A stretch of 64,000 nucleotides of DNA, taken from contig DATCMU010000009.1 in NCBI GenBank assembly GCA_036563245.1, positions 15,093 through 79,092 on the forward strand, in the 5' to 3' direction. The notes under the pieces are model-generated. The model was not told the DNA's origin and made no database searches. It saw only the letters and a list, made by a program, of their open reading frames with translations. Both the position numbers and the translations under genes were made by a program. Shown here in pieces: positions 1 to 9,917 of this stretch. Origin of the DNA: Devosiaceae bacterium (GTDB taxonomy: Bacteria; Pseudomonadota; Alphaproteobacteria; Rhizobiales; Devosiaceae). Position 1 is the stretch's first letter, and each line of letters starts with the position of its first letter.

Positions 1-777
1 GTGTCCGCCGATGGCGATGGCGTCCGCGTAGACCAGGCGCCCCTCGTTGAACACCGAGACGGTGGTGGTTGCGCCGCCGAAATCGACCAGCGCTACGCCA
101 AGTTGCGCTTCGTCATCGACCAATGTGGCCAGGCCGGACGCATAGGGAGTGGCGACCAGCGCTTCCACCTGCAGGTGGCACCGGTTCAGCGCCAGTTCCA
201 GGTTGCGCATGGAAAGGGTTTCCGCGCTCACCACCGCGACATCGACGCCGAGCTTTTCACCAACCATGCCCAGCGGGTCGCGGATGCCGCGATGCCCGTC
301 GAGCGAGAAGCCGATGGGCAGCGCGTGCACGATCGACCGCTCGGGCCTCACGCTGCGCTCGTTGACGGCCCGGAGCACACGCGCCAGGTCCGCGGGTTCG
401 ACTTCGTGGCCATCGAGCGAGACATTGGCCGAGAAAGTCTCCGAGCCAAGCCGCCCGGCGGTGACATTGACCAAGACCGATTCCACGGTGATGCCCGCGG
501 CCCGCTCCGCCACCCCCACCACGGAGCGCACCGATTGCTCGACCTTGTCGAGATCGGTAACCACACCGCTCTTGACCCCGGCCGCGGGGCCGTAGCCGAA
601 GCCGATGACCTCGGCGGTATGGGTCCGGCCCTTGAGTGCACGGCCTTCTGGGCGCGGGGTGAGCCGCGCAATCACGCAACAGGTCTTGGTCGATCCGATA
701 TCGAGCACCGAGACAAGCGCGGGCTTGCCCGGCAGGGCGGGCTTGAGACGGGCCGTCATCGCGTCGGTCATCATCAT
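1..777 (-). CDS. ftsA: cell division protein FtsA, N-terminal 259 codons; the 3' end lies beyond the window start
   Basis: My own minus-strand translation from the ATG at 775-777 gives MMMTDAMTARLKPALPGKPALVSVLDIGSTKTCCVIARL...GVKSGVVTDLDKVEQSVR, an actin-like FtsA N-terminus. There is an ATGA overlap with the ftsQ stop, and the gene follows ftsQ as expected in dcw order. It is absent from the ORF track because it runs off the window. The listed 1..891 (+) ORF is its antisense shadow. Confidence 0.9.
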   Translation of the reverse strand, partial: MMMTDAMTARLKPALPGKPALVSVLDIGSTKTCCVIARLTPRPEGRALKGRTHTAEVIGFGYGPAAGVKSGVVTDLDKVEQSVRSVVGVAERAAGITVESVLVNVTAGRLGSETFSANVSLDGHEVEPADLARVLRAVNERSVRPERSIVHALPIGFSLDGHRGIRDPLGMVGEKLGVDVAVVSAETLSMRNLELALNRCHLQVEALVATPYASGLATLVDDEAQLGVALVDFGGATTTVSVFNEGRLVYADAIAIGGH

Positions 778-1673
778 TTCGCGGTCTCCGGCTCCAGGGG
801 CCGTCCTTCCTTGTCGCGCTTGGTCTCGCGCACCGCCACGATGCCGTCGACGCGCAGGTCGATGAGCACGAGGTCGCGATCCAGCAACTGATACTCTTTC
901 TGGTAATCGGCGAGATGGCGCAGCGCGCCGGCCACGCCAGCTTCGGGCAACTGCACGCGCAGGCCCGTGCGATAGATCAGGTCCCAGCGCCGGTCGGCGA
1001 TCCGGCTGAGGGCCAGAAGCCCTTCATTGAGCGTGGGGTAGCGGTCGAGCTCGCGTATGAACGCCATGGCATTGGTCGCCGCGCCATCACCGATCACAAG
1101 CGGCAGCTTGTCATCGGCTGCCGCCGCACGGGCAATCTGCGCGCCCTTGTCGTCGATCAGGTAGGTAACGCCGTCGACGCGCCAGCGGGCGACCGGCTTT
1201 TGTTCGACCACGTGAACCACGAGGCGCCCGGGATAGATCTTGCGCACCGTCGCGCTCTTGACTGCCGGCAGCGCCTCCACGCGGGCCCGCGCCTGTTCCG
1301 CATCGAAGCCGAGGATGGATGTATGCTCTCCGACCGACAGCGCATTCACGATAGCCTGGTCGGCGGTCAGCGACTGACCGGTAATGGCGATTTCGGTAAC
1401 CGCGAACCCGGCCAGCGCCATCTGCGACGATGCCGCGTCCGCCACGCGCATGGCTGCAGCATGCAGGCCCGCACGATAATGTATCGCGGTGCCGAACAGC
1501 CCCGCGCAGATCAGTGCCACGATGATGCGCACGATCAGCCGGCGGTGCAGCAGCCACACATGTCCGGCGTTGATCAGCGCATGCCGCCCCGACTGGCGCA
1601 CGGCCGCGGGCAGCATTGCGGGATCGGTCAGAAGCGCCGTCTGGATCGAGGACCGGGGTCCTACCTGTTGCAA
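774..1673 (-). CDS. ftsQ: cell division protein FtsQ
   Basis: 299-aa ORF with a cytoplasmic N-terminus, one TM segment (IVRIIVALICAGLFGTAI), then POTRA/FtsQ-type periplasmic sequence. It lies between ddl and ftsA. The track start at 1673 is TTG; an alternative ATG at 1616 (MLPAAV...) would remove the overlap with ddl. Confidence 0.85.
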   Translation of the reverse strand: MQQVGPRSSIQTALLTDPAMLPAAVRQSGRHALINAGHVWLLHRRLIVRIIVALICAGLFGTAIHYRAGLHAAAMRVADAASSQMALAGFAVTEIAITGQSLTADQAIVNALSVGEHTSILGFDAEQARARVEALPAVKSATVRKIYPGRLVVHVVEQKPVARWRVDGVTYLIDDKGAQIARAAAADDKLPLVIGDGAATNAMAFIRELDRYPTLNEGLLALSRIADRRWDLIYRTGLRVQLPEAGVAGALRHLADYQKEYQLLDRDLVLIDLRVDGIVAVRETKRDKEGRPLEPETAK

Positions 1674-2581
1674 CTCGCGTCCTCCACCAACCAGGCGACA
1701 AGCTCTTCGAACGAATGACCGGCGTACGCGGCCTGCTCTGGCGCCAGGGAGGTGGGGGTCATGCCTGGCTGGGTGTTGATTTCCAGACAGACAAGTTCAC
1801 CGTTGGAACCCGCCTTGTCATTGAAGCGGAGATCGGTTCTGGTGATGCCTCTGCAGCCGAGCGTTACGTGCGCCTTGAGGCTTATCTTCTGCACTTCGTC
1901 GTAAATTTTCGGTGAAATATCCGCAGGAAGTACATGGCGGGAGCCGCCTGCGACGTATTTTGCCTCGTAATTGTAGAAACTGAGGTCGGTCACGATTTCG
2001 GTCACCGCCAGCGCCACGTCCCCCATCACCGTGCAGGTGAGTTCGCGGCCGGGCACATAGCGCTCCACCATCAGATCGTCGCCACCCTTCCAGTCGACCC
2101 CCAGGATCTCCTGGGGCGGATGCTCCTGGCCTTCGCGGACAATGAATATGCCCACGCTCGACCCGTCCGCCACCGGCTTGACGACGTAAGGGGGCGGCAT
2201 GACGTGCTTGCGCGCCACGTCCTCGCGATGCGCAATCACATGGTCGGTCACCGGTATCCCGGCCGCCTTGAACATGGTCTTGGACAGGTGCTTGTCCATG
2301 GCCAGCGCCGAAGCGAGCACGCCCGAATGGGTATAGGGGATACGCAGGAATTCAAGGACGCCCTGGATCGTGCCGTCCTCGCCATATTTGCCGTGCAGCG
2401 CGTTGAAGGCGACATCGGGCGCCACCTCGCGCAGCTTCTCGGCCACATCGAAACCCACGTCGATTTCGGTGACCTCGTAGCCCGCCCGCCGCAGGGCATC
2501 GGCGCAGCCGCGCCCCGAGCTCAGCGAAACCTCGCGTTCGTTGGACACGCCGCCCATCAGCACCGCGACATGCAGAGCCAT
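1661..2581 (-). CDS. ddl: D-alanine--D-alanine ligase
   Basis: 306 aa. [23 protein letters not shown]... and the ATP-grasp body are typical of Ddl. The ATG shares 1 nt with the murB stop (TAATG). Confidence 0.95.
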   Translation of the reverse strand: MALHVAVLMGGVSNEREVSLSSGRGCADALRRAGYEVTEIDVGFDVAEKLREVAPDVAFNALHGKYGEDGTIQGVLEFLRIPYTHSGVLASALAMDKHLSKTMFKAAGIPVTDHVIAHREDVARKHVMPPPYVVKPVADGSSVGIFIVREGQEHPPQEILGVDWKGGDDLMVERYVPGRELTCTVMGDVALAVTEIVTDLSFYNYEAKYVAGGSRHVLPADISPKIYDEVQKISLKAHVTLGCRGITRTDLRFNDKAGSNGELVCLEINTQPGMTPTSLAPEQAAYAGHSFEELVAWLVEDASCNR

Positions 2582-3558
2582 TATACGGCCCCTGTGAAGA
2601 TGTCGCCGTCCAAAAACTCCCGCACTTCATGGCCGGGCGCAAAATGGCCCATGCGGCGAATCTCCCAACTCAGGGATATGCCGGAATTTTCCCGCACGCG
2701 ATTGCGAACCGTCTCGCCGAGCGTCTCGATATCCTCCGCGCTCGCCTCGCCGAGATTGAGCAGGAAATTGCAGTGCTTCTCGGAAACCTGCGCGCCGCCA
2801 ACCGTCAGGCCGCGACAGCCGGCCGCGTCAATCAGCTTCCAGCTCGAATGCCCTTCGGGGTTCTTGAATGTCGAGCCGCCGGTGCGCGCCTTTGTCGGCT
2901 GGGAACCTTCGCGCGTCTCGGTGATCTCGCGCATGCGCTCAAGGATCAGGTCCGGGTCGCCCGGCTGCCCCTGGTACACGGCCGAGGTGAAAACCACGCC
3001 GCGCGGACCGTTGGACTTGCGGTAGCGATAGCCCATTTCGGCATTGCTCAGGGTGACGATTTCTCCCTGCCGCGTCACGCCGCGCAGTTCCACCATGCGA
3101 TCGCGCGTTTCGGTTCCGTAGCAGCCCGCGTTCATGTAGAGCGCACCGCCGATGCCGCCCGGAATGCCGCGATAAAAGGTGAGCCCGTCGATTCCCGCTT
3201 CCGCGGCGGCCGTCGCCACCTTCACGTCCGGCAGTGCGGTCCCCACGCGCAGCCTGTGGCCGTCGAGCACCTCGATCTGCCCGAAACCCCGGGCGCTGAG
3301 CCGTATCACCACCCCGTCCAGTCCGCCATCGCGGACCAGAAGGTTCGATCCCAATCCGATCACCGTCACCCGGATATCCTGGGGCAGGTTGGAAAGGAAG
3401 AACGCGAGATCCTGCTCGTCGGCGGGCTGGAAGAAGAGTTGCGCCGGACCGCCCACCCTGAACCAGGTGATCTCGGAGAGCGGCTGGTTGGGGACGAGCC
3501 GTCCCCGGACCTCGCCGATCCATGCGCCAAACTCGGGAAGCAGGTCGGGGTAGCTCAT
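2581..3558 (-). CDS. murB: UDP-N-acetylenolpyruvoylglucosamine reductase
   Basis: The track ORF 2581..4332 is over-extended into murC. The MurB-like sequence starts at [39 protein letters not shown] (ATG 3556-3558). This start forms an ATGA overlap with the murC stop. Confidence 0.9.
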   Translation of the reverse strand: MSYPDLLPEFGAWIGEVRGRLVPNQPLSEITWFRVGGPAQLFFQPADEQDLAFFLSNLPQDIRVTVIGLGSNLLVRDGGLDGVVIRLSARGFGQIEVLDGHRLRVGTALPDVKVATAAAEAGIDGLTFYRGIPGGIGGALYMNAGCYGTETRDRMVELRGVTRQGEIVTLSNAEMGYRYRKSNGPRGVVFTSAVYQGQPGDPDLILERMREITETREGSQPTKARTGGSTFKNPEGHSSWKLIDAAGCRGLTVGGAQVSEKHCNFLLNLGEASAEDIETLGETVRNRVRENSGISLSWEIRRMGHFAPGHEVREFLDGDIFTGAV

Positions 3559-4979
3559 GCCTTCAGCCTTGCGTTGGTGCCAAGCGCCTCGAGTTCGCCG
3601 GGCAAGGCTGCCGCCCAGTTTGTGATGCTTCCCGCGCCCAGAAACACAACATAGTCGCCGGCATGGGCCCGTTCTGCGATCAGTCCGGCCAGTTCCTCCG
3701 GCCCGCCGATGAACCGCGCGTCGCGATGGCCGCGCGCCCGGATCCGTTCGGCAAGCGCCTCGTGGCTTATCCCCTCCATCGGCTGCTCGCCCGCCGGATA
3801 GATCGGCGCCACCAGAACAGTGTCCGCGTCGTTGAAGCAGGTGGAGAACTCGTCCATTAGGTCGTGCACGCGCGAATAGCGGTGCGGCTGAACCACGGCG
3901 ATCACATCTCCGGATGCCGATTGCCGCGCCGCCTTGAGCACCGAAGCGATCTCGACCGGATGGTGACCGTAGTCGTCGATAATCGTCACCCCCTCGACCA
4001 CGCCGGTGCGGGTGAACCTTCGCTTGACCCCGGAAAAGCCGCCAAGACCCTTGCGGATCGCCTCGGGCGATATCCCCAACTGGTCGGCCACCGCGACCGC
4101 CGCCGTGGCATTGAGCACGTTGTGCATGCCCGGCATCGGCAGTTGCAGCCCCTCGATGCGCTTCTCGGTCTTGGCGATGCGATCCCTGATCTCCAGGGTG
4201 AAGCGGCTTCCCCCCTCCACGGTTTCCACTGTCACGATCCGCACATCCGCCTGGGGATTTGTGCCGTAGGTGACGACCCGGCGGTCCTCGATCTCTCCCA
4301 CCAGGGCTTGCACCTCGGGGTGATCGACACACATCACGGCGAAGCCGTAGAAGGGCACATTCTCCACGAAATTGAGGAACGCGCGCTTTTCCGCCGCGAA
4401 ATCCTTGTAGTGGTCGAGGTGCTCGGGATCGATATTGGTGACCACGGCGACATCCGCGGGCAGCTTGACGAAGGTCCCGTCGCTTTCATCGGCCTCCACC
4501 ACCATCCAGTCGCCCTCTCCCAGCCGGGCGTTGGTGCCATAGGCGTTGATGATGCCGCCGTTGATCACGGTGGGTTCCATCTCCGCCGCATCGAGCAGCG
4601 CGGTAACCATCGAGGTTGTCGTTGTCTTGCCATGCGTGCCGCCGATGGCGATTGCGTTCTTGAACCGCATGATCTCGGCCAGCATTTCCGCACGCCGCAC
4701 CACCGGGAGCGCCCGGGCCCGCGCCGCGACCAGTTCGGGGTTGTCCTTGCGGATGGCCGAGGAGATGACCACGACCTCGGCATCCTTGAGATTGTCGGCC
4801 GATTGCCCGATGCTGACCTCGATACCCATTTCGCGCAGGCGCTGGACATTGGCATTGGCTGCCATGTCGGACCCGCGCACGGTATAGCCTTGGGTATGCA
4901 GGATTTCGGCGATGCCGCTCATGCCGATGCCGCCGATGCCGATGAAGTGCACCGGTCCGATGTCGCGTGGCATTTTCAT
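3555..4979 (-). CDS. murC: UDP-N-acetylmuramate--L-alanine ligase
   Basis: [32 protein letters not shown]... is a Mur ligase N-terminus, and [12 protein letters not shown] is the P-loop. I chose the start at ATG 4977-4979; the track ORF extends 35 codons further upstream. Confidence 0.93.
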   Translation of the reverse strand: MKMPRDIGPVHFIGIGGIGMSGIAEILHTQGYTVRGSDMAANANVQRLREMGIEVSIGQSADNLKDAEVVVISSAIRKDNPELVAARARALPVVRRAEMLAEIMRFKNAIAIGGTHGKTTTTSMVTALLDAAEMEPTVINGGIINAYGTNARLGEGDWMVVEADESDGTFVKLPADVAVVTNIDPEHLDHYKDFAAEKRAFLNFVENVPFYGFAVMCVDHPEVQALVGEIEDRRVVTYGTNPQADVRIVTVETVEGGSRFTLEIRDRIAKTEKRIEGLQLPMPGMHNVLNATAAVAVADQLGISPEAIRKGLGGFSGVKRRFTRTGVVEGVTIIDDYGHHPVEIASVLKAARQSASGDVIAVVQPHRYSRVHDLMDEFSTCFNDADTVLVAPIYPAGEQPMEGISHEALAERIRARGHRDARFIGGPEELAGLIAERAHAGDYVVFLGAGSITNWAAALPGELEALGTNARLKA

Positions 4980-5019
4980 TGAAGTCTCGTCCCCAGTTCC
5001 TCGCGGATGCCGCCCGCCC

Positions 5020-6111
5020 TCAGCGTTCCGTCGCGATCTTTTCTGCAAGATCGGCGAGCCGTTGAACCGCCTGAGGCTGCCCAAGCTCGCGCGCCGCCGC
5101 TGCCGCCGCGGCCAGATCCCGGGGTTCCGCTATCAGCCCTTCAAGGCGTGTGGCAAGCGATTGCGGTGAAAGCGTGGCCTGTTCGGCCATCCAGCCGGCC
5201 CCTGCGCGATCCATGAACAGCGCGTTCGCCTTCTGGTCCGCGTCGATCGAACCGGGCAGCGGCACAAGCAGGGCAGGCCGTCCGATCACCGCCAGTTCCG
5301 CGACGCTCGAAGCCCCGGACCGGCAGAAAACGAAGTGGCTGCCGGCAATACGCTGCGGCAGGTCGTCGAAAAAGGCCGCAAGTTCCACGCTCACATGCGC
5401 TGCGCGATAGGCTTCCGCCACCCGGTCCAGGTCTTCGGGCCGGCACTGCTGGGTGATCGCCAGCCGCTTGCGCAACGCCTCGGGCAACAGGGCAATGGCG
5501 GGGGGCACGATTTCGGCAAAGGCACGCGCGCCCTGGCTGCCGCCAAACACCAGCAGCCGCACCGGTCCCTCCGGGTCGAGAGCGGGGTATGGAATTGCCG
5601 CCGCTTCACGGACCGCGTCGCGTACCGGGTTTCCGGTCACGACTGTTCGAGCCGACGATCCATCCACGTATCTGGTCTCCGGGAACCCCAGCGCCAGGGC
5701 GTTCGAGAAGCGGGCCAGCGCCCGGTTCGCCCGCCCCAAAACGGCATTGGCTTCGTGCAGAACGCCCGGAATACCCCGCAGCCGCGCCGCAACGAATGGG
5801 GGAAACGTGGGATATCCGCCAAAGCCGACGACCGCGTCCGGCCGGATGCGCCCGAGCCTTGTCCAGGCGACGCCGATGCCCCACACGATGATGGTCCCGG
5901 CGCGCACGAATTTCAGCGGATTGCGCAGCGACGGGGTTGCCGCGGGCACCACATGCACCTCGCGCGCCGGGAAGTTGCGCCCATAGTCGCGCACCCGCTC
6001 GTCAGTCATCAGATGGATGACATGCCCGCGCCGGCGCAGTTCCTGGGCGAGCGCCATGGCCGGAAACAGGTGCCCCCCTGTTCCCCCTGCCATCAGGACA
6101 AAGGTACTCAT
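5020..6111 (-). CDS. murG: undecaprenyldiphospho-muramoylpentapeptide beta-N-acetylglucosaminyltransferase
   Basis: 363 aa. The [26 protein letters not shown]-terminal G-loop is typical of MurG. Its start overlaps the ftsW stop by 1 nt. Confidence 0.95.
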   Translation of the reverse strand: MSTFVLMAGGTGGHLFPAMALAQELRRRGHVIHLMTDERVRDYGRNFPAREVHVVPAATPSLRNPLKFVRAGTIIVWGIGVAWTRLGRIRPDAVVGFGGYPTFPPFVAARLRGIPGVLHEANAVLGRANRALARFSNALALGFPETRYVDGSSARTVVTGNPVRDAVREAAAIPYPALDPEGPVRLLVFGGSQGARAFAEIVPPAIALLPEALRKRLAITQQCRPEDLDRVAEAYRAAHVSVELAAFFDDLPQRIAGSHFVFCRSGASSVAELAVIGRPALLVPLPGSIDADQKANALFMDRAGAGWMAEQATLSPQSLATRLEGLIAEPRDLAAAAAAARELGQPQAVQRLADLAEKIATER

Positions 6112-7316
6112 CAGGCCTCTTGCGCGACCGCGCTGCGATAAGGCGGCAACCCTGTCACCAGCCGTTCCTCGGGCTTCTTGCGGGTCAGCGCCAACATGGT
6201 CCCCATTCCATAGGCAATGGCGATCATCGAGGTGCCACCATAGGACACGAAGGGCAGCGTCATGCCCTTGGGCGGCATGAGGTTGAGATTGACCGCGAGA
6301 TTGATCAGGGACTGGAAACCGAACTGCAATGCCAGCGCGCTTGCCGCCAGCCGCGCGAACAGGCTCGACTGCCGTTGCGCGCCGGTCAGGGCGCGTATGA
6401 CGATGAAGGCGATCAGCGCCACCAGAACCATGCAGGCCAGGATGCCGAATTCACCCGCGGCGGCGGCGAACACGTAGTCCGCGTGGGCATCCGGGATATA
6501 GCGCTTGGCCACCGCCTCGCCCGGGCCGCGCCCGAACCAGCCCCCTTCGAGCAGAGACTGCAGGGCCTTGTCGACCTGGTAGGTATTGCCTCCCTCCGGA
6601 TCGATGAAGGAGTTCACACGGCGCGCCACGTGCGGAAAGACCATGTAGGCTGCAAAGCCGCCGCCCGCCGCAAGCCCGATCAACCCGCCGATCACCCACC
6701 ATGAAATGCCCGACAAAAAGAGCAGCGCCACAAGGGTCAGCAGCATCAGCGCGGTCTGCCCCACATCGGGCTGCATCAGGAGCGGGGTGACGATCAGCGC
6801 GAACAGCACCAGGGCGAGGAAGCGCGCCGGCACGTCCTTGCGCACCATGCGCTCGGAAAACAGCCACCCCCCGATCACGGCGAAGGCCGGTTTGACGAAT
6901 TCGGACGGCTGCACCGAAAGCCCGAACGCCGAGACCCAACGCCTTGCGCCCTTCACTTCGACACCGAACTTGAGGGTGGCGAACAGCAGCACGATGCTGG
7001 CGACCAGCACGCCAAGCGCGACGAACCGCGCGAGGCGGGCCGGCATGAAGCTTGCCCCGATCAGCACCGCAACAGCCGGTATCGCAAACAGCACGTGCCG
7101 GATGATGAAGTGCCAGGGGCCGAAGCCCAGGCGCTCGGCAACCGGTGGACTGGCCGCGAACGAAAGAATGATGCCGCACATGAGCAAAAGGATCAGACCG
7201 CCGAGCAACTCTCGGTCGATCGTCCACCACCACTCCGCGACTGCGGTCTTGCGGTCCCTTGAAAACATGCCTGAATTGCCGCCGTCGAGGCGGCTTCCCG
7301 CGCTGAAGTCAACCAT
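6111..7316 (-). CDS. ftsW: lipid II flippase / peptidoglycan glycosyltransferase FtsW (SEDS family)
   Basis: 401-aa polytopic membrane protein with a SEDS-like C-terminal region (PPKGMTLPFVSYGGTSM). It sits in the dcw position. An alternative start is MFSRDRK at 7268. Confidence 0.9.
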   Translation of the reverse strand: MVDFSAGSRLDGGNSGMFSRDRKTAVAEWWWTIDRELLGGLILLLMCGIILSFAASPPVAERLGFGPWHFIIRHVLFAIPAVAVLIGASFMPARLARFVALGVLVASIVLLFATLKFGVEVKGARRWVSAFGLSVQPSEFVKPAFAVIGGWLFSERMVRKDVPARFLALVLFALIVTPLLMQPDVGQTALMLLTLVALLFLSGISWWVIGGLIGLAAGGGFAAYMVFPHVARRVNSFIDPEGGNTYQVDKALQSLLEGGWFGRGPGEAVAKRYIPDAHADYVFAAAAGEFGILACMVLVALIAFIVIRALTGAQRQSSLFARLAASALALQFGFQSLINLAVNLNLMPPKGMTLPFVSYGGTSMIAIAYGMGTMLALTRKKPEERLVTGLPPYRSAVAQEA

Positions 7317-7392
7317 TCGTCAAGCATAGCCGCCGAGTGGTTACTACTTCGCAACCATCACCGCCCTGGGAGGCCGGTTTGCATCGGACAAT

Positions 7393-8478
7393 TCAGCGCA
7401 GCTTGAGCGAACTCAAACCGATCAGCGCCAGCACGAATGCAATGATCCAGAAACGGATCACCACCTGGCTTTCCGTCCAGCCCATCTGCTCGAAATGGTG
7501 GTGGATCGGCGCCATCTTGAACACGCGCTTGCCTGTCAGGCGGAAAGAAACCACCTGGACGATCACCGACACGGTTTCCAGGACGAACAGCCCGCCCACG
7601 ATGGCCAGCACGATTTCGTGCTTGGTCGCCACCGCGATCGAGCCAAGAGCCCCCCCGAGCGCCAGCGAACCGGTATCGCCCATGAAGATCTGCGCCGGCG
7701 GCGCGTTGAACCACAGGAACCCCAGCCCTGCCCCGATCAGCGCCCCGCAGACCACGGCCAGGTCGGCGGTTCCGGGCACATAGTCGATCAGCAGGTACTC
7801 CGCGAAGGTCTGGGTGCCCACCAGATAGGCGATGAGGCCGAACGAGGCCGCGGCGATCATTACCGGCATGATGGCCAGCCCGTCGAGCCCGTCGGTCAGG
7901 TTGACCGAATTGCCCGCCGCCACGATGACGAACGCCCCGAAAACGAAGAAGAAATAGCCAAGATTGAGCGCCAGCCCCTTCACGAAGGGGAACAGGAGCG
8001 AGGTCGAATAGGGTTCCTCCCCGGTATGGGCGAAGACCCAGCAGGCAATGCCCGCGATCAATGCCTCCAGGAGCAGGCGCTGACGCCCCGAAAACCCCTT
8101 GTGGCTGACCCGCTTGACCTTGAGATAATCGTCATAGAAGCCGATGGCGCCAAATCCGATGGTCACCAGCAGCACGACCCAGACATAGACATTGGTCAGG
8201 TTGGCCCAAAGAAGCGTGGCGCATACCGCCCCGGACAGGATCATCAGCCCGCCCATGGTAGGCGTGCCTTTCTTGGTCAGCAGATGGGTCTGCGGCCCAT
8301 CCTCACGGATCGGCTGGCCATGGCCCTGGCGCACCTTGAGCAGTCGAATGATGCTGGGGCCGAATAAAAATACAAAAAAAAGCGCCGTCATGGTGGCGCC
8401 GGCCGTTCGGAAAGTGATGTACTTGAAGACGTTGAACAACGTATGGCTTTCGCCATACAGCCCAAGGAAATACAACAT
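7393..8478 (-). CDS. mraY: phospho-N-acetylmuramoyl-pentapeptide transferase
   Basis: 361 aa. The sequence [10 protein letters not shown]...[10 protein letters not shown]...[12 protein letters not shown]...MAPIHHHFE carries MraY signature motifs. Confidence 0.96.
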   Translation of the reverse strand: MLYFLGLYGESHTLFNVFKYITFRTAGATMTALFFVFLFGPSIIRLLKVRQGHGQPIREDGPQTHLLTKKGTPTMGGLMILSGAVCATLLWANLTNVYVWVVLLVTIGFGAIGFYDDYLKVKRVSHKGFSGRQRLLLEALIAGIACWVFAHTGEEPYSTSLLFPFVKGLALNLGYFFFVFGAFVIVAAGNSVNLTDGLDGLAIMPVMIAAASFGLIAYLVGTQTFAEYLLIDYVPGTADLAVVCGALIGAGLGFLWFNAPPAQIFMGDTGSLALGGALGSIAVATKHEIVLAIVGGLFVLETVSVIVQVVSFRLTGKRVFKMAPIHHHFEQMGWTESQVVIRFWIIAFVLALIGLSSLKLR

Positions 8479-8516
8479 CTAATCCCAGTCCCCGTAAACG
8501 CCAGTCAGGCAATATT

Positions 8517-9911
8517 TCATGCGCTGAATCTGGCGCGGATACTCTTCACCAGGCCGCCCAAGCCAACACTCAGTGACCCTTTGACCATAACAAGGTCCCC
8601 TTGCGCAAGGCCGTTCAGAACCTCGCTCGAGGCCTCGTCCACGGTTTCAAAATGGTGCATTTCGACCTGTCCGGCCAAGGCTGCCGCCAGCGCTGCCATG
8701 TCGTCACCAACCAGGAAAACCGCGTCAGGCCGGGCTGCAAGAACAGGTTTTTCGAGTTCTGCATGAAATCGCCTGGCGAATTCGCCTAGTTCGCGCATTG
8801 CCCCCAGGACAAGGACGCGGCGGCCGCCTGGCGCCCTGGTATTGCCGAAAACCTCGAGCGCGGCGCGCATCGAGGCCGGGTTGGCGTTGTAACTTTCGTC
8901 GATCAGTTCAACCGGGCCGTTCGAACCGTCGAGCTGCACAGCCGCGCCGCGCCCTTCCCCCGCCGACAGCCCTTCTGCCGCCCGCGCTGCAACAGCAAGG
9001 TCGATGCCCAGGCACCTGGCCACGCAAAGCGCCGCCACCGCGTTCGACGCCATGTGCCGGCCGCGCGCCGAAAGGGTCATGTCCACCGCCCTGCCCTCGA
9101 ATACGGCCCGCACAAGGGTGCCGGCTTCGGTTTCCTCTGCGTTGGTGATGCGGACGTCAGCCCTTTGCGCGTAGCCGAAGGTCACGATGTTGGACCCTGC
9201 GCGCCGCGCTGCGGACAACAGGATATCGAGATAGTCATGGTCGGCATTCACGATGGCCGTCCCCCCAGGCTCGAGGCCGGAGAAGATTTCCGCCTTGGCC
9301 ATGGCAATGGCCGCCATCGAGCCCAGATTGCCAATATGTGCGGGGCCGATCGAGGTGATCACCGCCACGTGCGGGCGCACAAGTTCGCTAAGGGGGGTGA
9401 TTTCACCGGCATGATTCATGCCGATCTCGAAAACCCCGAACCGGGCCGAGACCGGCAGCCGGGCGAGGGTGAGCGGAACGCCCCAGTGATTGTTGAACGA
9501 TTTGACCGACGCGTGGGTCTCTCCCGCGGTCGACAGCACGGCGCGCACGGCCTCCTTGGTCGTGGTCTTGCCTGCGCTGCCAGTGATCGCGACGATCCCC
9601 GCTTTTGAGCGGGCCCGCGCCGACCTTGCGATATCCCTCAGCCCCTGCAACGGGTCGGGCACGGCGATGCGCGGCAACCCCGCCATTTCTCCCGAACGGT
9701 CACTTGAGACCAGCGCCGCGCCCGCGCCTGCCGCAATCGCGGCGGCGGCAAAGTCGTGGCCGTCGAACCGATCTCCGCGGATCGCGACGAAAAGCGCGCC
9801 GGGTGCGATATCGCGCGAGTCGATGGAAACCGAGTTGAATCCCTCTTCCGTGACATCGTGCGCCACCCCGCCGGTGGCGGCCAGGACCTCGGCAAGCGTA
9901 TGGAGCGCCAA
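8517..9911 (-). CDS. murF: UDP-N-acetylmuramoyl-tripeptide--D-alanyl-D-alanine ligase
   Basis: 464-aa Mur ligase with the P-loop ITGSAGKTTTKE. It lies between mraY and murE. The start is TTG, 6 nt after the murE stop, and there is no nearby in-frame ATG. Confidence 0.92.
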   Translation of the reverse strand: MALHTLAEVLAATGGVAHDVTEEGFNSVSIDSRDIAPGALFVAIRGDRFDGHDFAAAAIAAGAGAALVSSDRSGEMAGLPRIAVPDPLQGLRDIARSARARSKAGIVAITGSAGKTTTKEAVRAVLSTAGETHASVKSFNNHWGVPLTLARLPVSARFGVFEIGMNHAGEITPLSELVRPHVAVITSIGPAHIGNLGSMAAIAMAKAEIFSGLEPGGTAIVNADHDYLDILLSAARRAGSNIVTFGYAQRADVRITNAEETEAGTLVRAVFEGRAVDMTLSARGRHMASNAVAALCVARCLGIDLAVAARAAEGLSAGEGRGAAVQLDGSNGPVELIDESYNANPASMRAALEVFGNTRAPGGRRVLVLGAMRELGEFARRFHAELEKPVLAARPDAVFLVGDDMAALAAALAGQVEMHHFETVDEASSEVLNGLAQGDLVMVKGSLSVGLGGLVKSIRARFSA

Positions 9912-9917
9912 GACCGC

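Noticed and set aside
1-891. A 296-aa plus-strand ORF at the window start (plus several nested ORFs at 69-865).
   Set aside because: It is an antisense shadow of ftsA. The minus-strand frame translates into an unmistakable FtsA N-terminus coupled to ftsQ, whereas the plus-strand product is Arg/Ala/Gly-rich with no features.
2581-4332. Over-extended track ORFs that would imply fusions or large overlaps: 2581..4332, 25070..26503, 40266..42038, 41453..43231, 44626..45852, 31967..33097, 49323..49922, 50165..50935 and 51470..52039.
   Set aside because: In each case the homologous part begins at an internal ATG (or TTG) with an RBS or stop/start coupling. The upstream extension is an out-of-frame read through the preceding gene.
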